From Eledone cirrhosa (Eukaryota): a stretch of DNA of 64,000 nt. The stretch covers positions 358,360,001 through 358,424,000 of the forward strand of contig OZ024741.1 in NCBI GenBank assembly GCA_964016885.1, in the 5' to 3' direction. The position numbers and the translations under genes are program-made. Below the pieces are notes generated by a model, which worked only from the letters and a program-made list of their open reading frames with translations, was not told where the DNA came from and searched no databases. Shown piece after piece: positions 58,801-64,000 of this stretch (positions within the stretch are counted from its first letter, which is position 1; every line of letters starts with the position of its first letter).

Positions 58801-59652
58801 ATCCTTTTCTCTATATATTAAAACCACCCTCTCTCTATATATAAACCCATCCTTTTCACTATATATTAAAACCACCCTCTCTCTATATATAAACCCATCC
58901 TTTTCTCTATATATTAAAACCACCCTCTCTCTATATATAAACCCATCCTTTTCTCTATATATTAAAACCACCCTCTCTCTATATATAAACCCATCCTTTT
59001 CTCTATATATTAAAACCACCCTCTCTCTATATATAAACCCATCCTTTTCACTATATATTAAAACCACCCTCTCTCTATATATAAACCCATCCTTTTCTCT
59101 ATATATTAAAACCACCCTCTCTCTATATATAAACCCATCCTTTTCTCTATATATTAAAACCACCCTCTCTCTATATATAAACCCATCCTTTTCACTATAT
59201 ATTAAAACCACCCTCTCTCTATATATAAACCCATCCTTTTCTCTATATATTAAAACCACCCTCTCTCTTTATATAAACCCATCCTTTTCACTATATATTA
59301 AAACCACCCTCTCTCTATATATAAACCCATCCTTTTCACTATATATTAAAACCACCCTCTCTCTATATATAAACCCATCCTTTTCTCTATATATTAAAAC
59401 CACCCTCTCTCTTTATATAAACCCATCCTTTTCTCTATATATTAAAATCACCCTCTCTATATATTATAACACCCCTCTCTCTATATATATATATTTAGCC
59501 CCCTCTCTCTATATATTTTAACACTCCTTTCTCTATATTATAACCCCCTCTCTCTATATTATAACCCCCTTCTCTCTATATATTATAACCCATCCCTTTC
59601 TCTATATTATAAACCCCTTTCTTTAAATATAGTATAACCCCCTCTCTCTATA
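55845..59652. repeat. 48-bp minisatellite, about 73 near-identical units (core ~55935-59450), with degenerate ~22-bp monomers at both edges
   Basis: Unit CTCTCTATATATAAACCCATCCTTTTCTCTATATATTAAAACCACCCT; the pattern recurs every 240 bp (5 units). Confidence 0.97.
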
Positions 59653-59924
59653 TGGGGTCGATACAATAAAGTACCAGTAATGCACTGGGTAATTGCTGGC
59701 CTTGTGCCAAAAGTAGAAACAATTAATATATAGATAACTGGATCGAATGTCAACTGGCGTTACACAGTTATACAGAAGAACCTGCCTTCCTTTACGTACG
59801 AACTTAAACCTTCAGTCAGTAGGCACCTCTTAACCCAGTATACATCCACCCCACACCCTACTCCATCTTCCCACTTCCGTCCACACCACCCTTTCTCTGT
59901 AAAGTTATGTTGGTACTACAGAAC

Positions 59925-60152
59925 ATCCAATCCACACTGTAAAGTGGTCGTGTCGGAGACACGGTAAAAAGGCTCCCAGTCCACACTGTAAATATGGTTG
60001 GCGTTAGGAAGGGCATCCAGCCGTAGAAAACCTGCCAGGACCAGTTCTATACGAGCGAGACACGGTCACCCGACCAATCTTGCCACAAGTGGGATAAACC
60101 CGCCCAACCCATGCTAGCATGGAAGATGGGCGTTAAACGATGATGATGATGA
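59925..60152 (+). mobile_element. SINE 3' part with (GAT)n tail
   Basis: ggttggcgttaggaagggcatccagcc..catgctagcatgga..(gat)n. Confidence 0.65.
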
Positions 60153-60436
60153 TATATACATACGTGCATTCATCGGCGTTATTCATATGTATACATTCTA
60201 TGTATCTGCGTATGCTCCTACAATATATATATAAATATTCTATTATAATATACGGCTCGGAAATCTCTTTCTTAGAGCTATTTTGTTGTAAGAGACTATT
60301 TTGAGTTCCTAACTCAAGATATACCTTTGATATATACCTTTGATATATACCTTCGATATATATACCTTTGATATATATATATATAGTAATAATAATAAAT
60401 GTGAAGACTAAAATCCAAAGAGGGCTCGATAAGTTA

Positions 60437-60465
<29 letters not shown>

Positions 60466-60467
<2 letters not shown>

Positions 60468-60659
60468 ACGAAGGAAATGTGGTAAGGAACCAGGTGGACC
60501 ATAACGCACCAAAGTACTCAATACTTGAGGTAGTAGAGTGGGTAATAGGAACCAGTAAGACCCCGACAGCTGAGCTCAAGCCGTTTCGACGGCTAATTCT
60601 GGACTGAATTAGCCGTCGAAACGGCTTGAGCTCAGCTGTCGGGGTCTTACTGGTTCCTA
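60466..60659. mobile_element. Hairpin module copy 3 (TA-embedded)
   Basis: Perfect 54-bp arms at 60546-60599 and 60606-60659, loop TGGACT. Confidence 0.9.
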
Positions 60660-60677
60660 TATATATATATATATATA

Positions 60678-61108
60678 TACAATATATTAACAAATGGAAA
60701 CTATATTTATAAAACCATATTTATTTTATTATACATATTTCAAGGGCCACCAAGGCAGATTATGGTACGCTTTCATCAGATAAACTATAATACAGATTAG
60801 TTTTATAAATAAATATTGACATACCCTGAAAAAATGCAACCTTAAAGGTTGGAGCTTCCTGGATTTATTTATAAAACTAATATTTATTTATAAAACTAAT
60901 CTGTATTATATTTTATCTGATGAAAGCGCACCATAATCTGCCTTGGTGGCCCTTGAAATATGTATAATAAAATAAATATGGTTTTATAAATATAGTTTCC
61001 ATTTGTTAATATATTGTATATTTACTCCAATAATTTGTTGAGTGCTTTATATCAGTTATAAAAATATTTTAGCTTGTTGTATCCCAACAAATTAAATATA
61101 CCCTCTAC

Positions 61109-61110
<2 letters not shown>
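60678..61110 (+). mobile_element. PLE-end module with ~135-bp inverted duplication carrying a hammerhead in both arms
   Basis: 60678-60815 is inverted at ~60882-61020. Confidence 0.8.
60909..60974 (+). ncRNA. Type-I hammerhead ribozyme (mirror copy at 60722-60784 minus)
   Basis: TATTTTAT-CTGATGA-AAG..cacca..tggtg..CTT-GAAATATGT-ATA-ATAAAATA. Confidence 0.75.
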
Positions 61111-61154
<44 letters not shown>

Positions 61155-61249
61155 GTGTGTGTGTGTAGAGGTTATATTTAATTTGTTGGGATACAACAAT
61201 AAAAATATTTTAGCTTTTTGTATCCCAACAAATTAAATATAACCTCTCT

Positions 61250-61301
<52 letters not shown>

Positions 61302-61354
61302 GTATCCCAACAAATTAAATATAACCTCTACATATATATATATATTAAAAGGAC

Positions 61355-61761
<407 letters not shown>

Positions 61762-61811
61762 GTTGGGATACATATGTGTGTGTGTGTGTATGTATGTATA
61801 TATGTATGTAT

Positions 61812-62420
61812 ATGTCAGGTCACCAGTTGGTGCTACTGGTAACATGTATCCCAGTACAACCTGTCTCATGGTCGGGACGTTGGCGACTAAACTGGCAACC
61901 CCACCAAGGTTTCTTGGTGAGGAGGGTGACTTTGGACATCCTGCAGGACTAAAAACAAAACCTGTCAAAGGGCAAAGGAGCTCGTAAGAGTCAATGGCCA
62001 TCCAAAATCACCGGGAGAGATGATCCCTTAGCCTTTGTCAAGGCAGAATTCTAGGAGAAGGAAAACTCTGATATAACACCTGCAACCCTGATGGTATCCA
62101 ATGATGTTGACTTGTTCTTCTTTTTGGTAAATATCATCTTGGTTAAGAGAGTGGGACTGACTTTGTGCAGTGCCTTTGCTCACTATAAAAGCTTCATGGC
62201 ACAGGCATTGCTTTATATCTGGAGATCTCTCTGCACTTGTCGTCACATGGTACCATGGGCCCAGCACTATGTGTCAATAATTGTCACAAGTGTAGTGTTT
62301 GTACCAGAGTTGTCAAGTCGCTGGCTGGACTAAAAAGTCACACTCGTTCAGCGCATCGGTAGGGGTTCTCCTACATGGATATAAAGTAGTGACCGTACTC
62401 GAAAACGAGTTGGCAGCCAC
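61812..62420 (+). mobile_element. Short non-autonomous retroelement (RTE-like UTR) within (TATG)n
   Basis: Homolog of 4851-5380; contains ggagaaggaaaactctga. Confidence 0.6.
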
Positions 62421-62432
62421 CATATATGTATG

Positions 62433-64000
62433 TATGTAAAAGGTAAACAGAAATAACAACACAATCGGTACAGTATATGGAAGGAATATATTAGGTTAAC
62501 GCTTGAAATAGCAGGAAGAGGGTCTTAACGTTTCGGACGCTAGTCCTTCACCAGAAGAAAGAATGAGAAATAAGGTAGATTGAGGGACGGGTGGGTTGGA
62601 ATTGGAAAAATATCTGTAGATAAAAAATAACAGGTCCATTTATGTTGACATCTCTTGGAAAACTGTTGATGTTGGCGTTTGTGTATGATTTATTTTATTT
62701 AGAAAAGTGGATGATGGAGCGCGTCTACCTGAAATGAAAAAAGAAAACCGTTTTGTAAAAAGAGCTATACTTGTGCGCGTGCGTATGCATAATGTGTGTG
62801 TATATGTAAGTAAAAGAGTGTGTGTGTGTGCTTGTAAGTACGAAGCGATGACCAAAAGTATGTTAATATAAGGGTGTGTATGTGTGTATACAGAGCTGTG
62901 AAGGGAAAAGTGGAGTGTGCATATTTTGTCGGTCTGTATTAGTTTCTGACCATGTGGATGTACAAGCGCGCGTTTGATAATGGACGGGGTATTAAAGAAA
63001 TTGGGGAGGTGAATTGAGTCTATGAGGGAAACAGGACCCAAGGCGGTAAATCAGACTCTGTTCAGTCCTGGTGCGCGAGGCCTGTGGTCTGTAATGTAAA
63101 AAGACACCCAGGACTGAGACATGTAGGGAAGAATGACCAGGAGAATGGAAATGACGGGCGACAGGAGTATCCAAACCGATGTATAAAGACTCGTAAAGGG
63201 AACACCGAAGGGCATAGACAACGTGAGTGGATGTGCAGGTGAAGGAGTGGCGGATACGGAATGACCCGTTAGGGCCTGTGGGAGTGGTGAGGGTGGAAAT
63301 GAAGGGACCAGTGTTGCAGCGGGGACGAGAACAAGGATGAGAGCTGGGTGGGTGGAGTCGTAGGAGAGGACGAGAAGGAACTGCGTGCCAGGAGGGCGTG
63401 GAGGTTATGGGTGCGCTTAAATGCGGTAATGAGAAGTGACGGAGTCAGAAGAGAAAGTGCGGAAGGAACGGAGGATATGTCATCGGAGTGGTGGGTGTTC
63501 AATCTCGGCACCTGTGCGGAACTCGTTGCAGGTTGATGTGGTGGGTATAAAATGCAAACCCCGGGCGAGGAGGGAGCGCTCAGCTTCGGAGAGTGGTAGG
63601 TCCTGGGGTATGGTGACTACAGTACAGGGACGTGAGGGAGTGAAAGGGGAGGATGCGCAGGAGTTAAGGTGGATTCAGTGGTGGGGGGAGGAAAGGGGGT
63701 GGTAGGTGACGGGATAGACGGTTAGGACTGGAGGTAAAATGAGTGTGGGTGGTGAAGGCAGGCGGGGAGCGGAGTGAGTGGAGTTTGTTGTTTTTAATGG
63801 AGGTGAGGAAATTGAAGAGGAGGCGATTGAGGTAAAGGATGAATTGGATAAGGGATTGGGTGAGGAAAGGATGGCAAGTAGAGTAGAGATGGAGGTAGGC
63901 CTTGGGGAGATCTCGATCGAGAGAACGGATTTGGGCGAGAGGAGCGGGTAAGGATGGGCTCAGTGGTGGGAGCAGAGTAAGAGGTGGGGGGGGGGAACTT
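62433..64000 (-). mobile_element. Decayed Penelope-like element (Neptune-like), 3' part
   Basis: PVTYHP, FRIRHSFTCTSTHVVYALRC and PVARHFHSPGHS..EQSLIYRLG..P..LN; hammerhead in the 3' terminus. Confidence 0.8.
62523..62558 (-). ncRNA. Minimal hammerhead (A6G, probably inactive)
   Basis: TCTT-CTGGTGA-AGGAC tagc GTCC-GAAACGTT-AAGA. Confidence 0.65.

Noticed and set aside
55771-59259. 1162-aa ORF (VVLIYREKDGFIYRER)n as a protein gene
   Set aside because: It is simply the translation of a 48-bp satellite, with essentially no synonymous variation, a non-ATG start and no unique domain.
55935-59450. CRISPR-like array
   Set aside because: Units are head-to-tail identical with no unique spacers, there are no cas genes, and the context is eukaryotic.

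Overview
This is repeat-saturated eukaryotic DNA with no recognisable intact host gene. The SINE families and dense (TA)n/(CA)n/(TATG)n/(TATC)n microsatellites suggest a mollusc, probably an octopus (inferred from memory, not verified). The window holds decayed transposons: a maT/DD37D-like Tc1/mariner, a Chapaev3-type element, RTE-like, R4/Dong-like and Tx1/L1-like LINEs, Helitrons, MITEs, SINEs, several Penelope-like elements (PLEs, GIY-YIG) and a 3.5-kb 48-bp minisatellite whose 1162-aa ORF is spurious. Two things stand out. First, there are about 20 type-I hammerhead ribozyme motifs in PLE termini and short microsatellite-embedded modules. They include a C3-G8/U3-A8 compensatory pair between homologous copies, a three-copy family with a non-canonical CAGAAGA core and covarying stems, and versions with very long stem II inserts. 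Second, fold-back palindromes recur at every scale. Examples are ~190-bp (TA)n-embedded modules whose perfect hairpins carry copy-specific mirrored substitutions and appear to fold back inside a hammerhead stem II, and a ~10-kb palindrome (1436-11352) bounded by PLE endonuclease fragments with an apparent gene-conversion tract. All alignments and folds were done by eye; coordinates may be off by a few bases.
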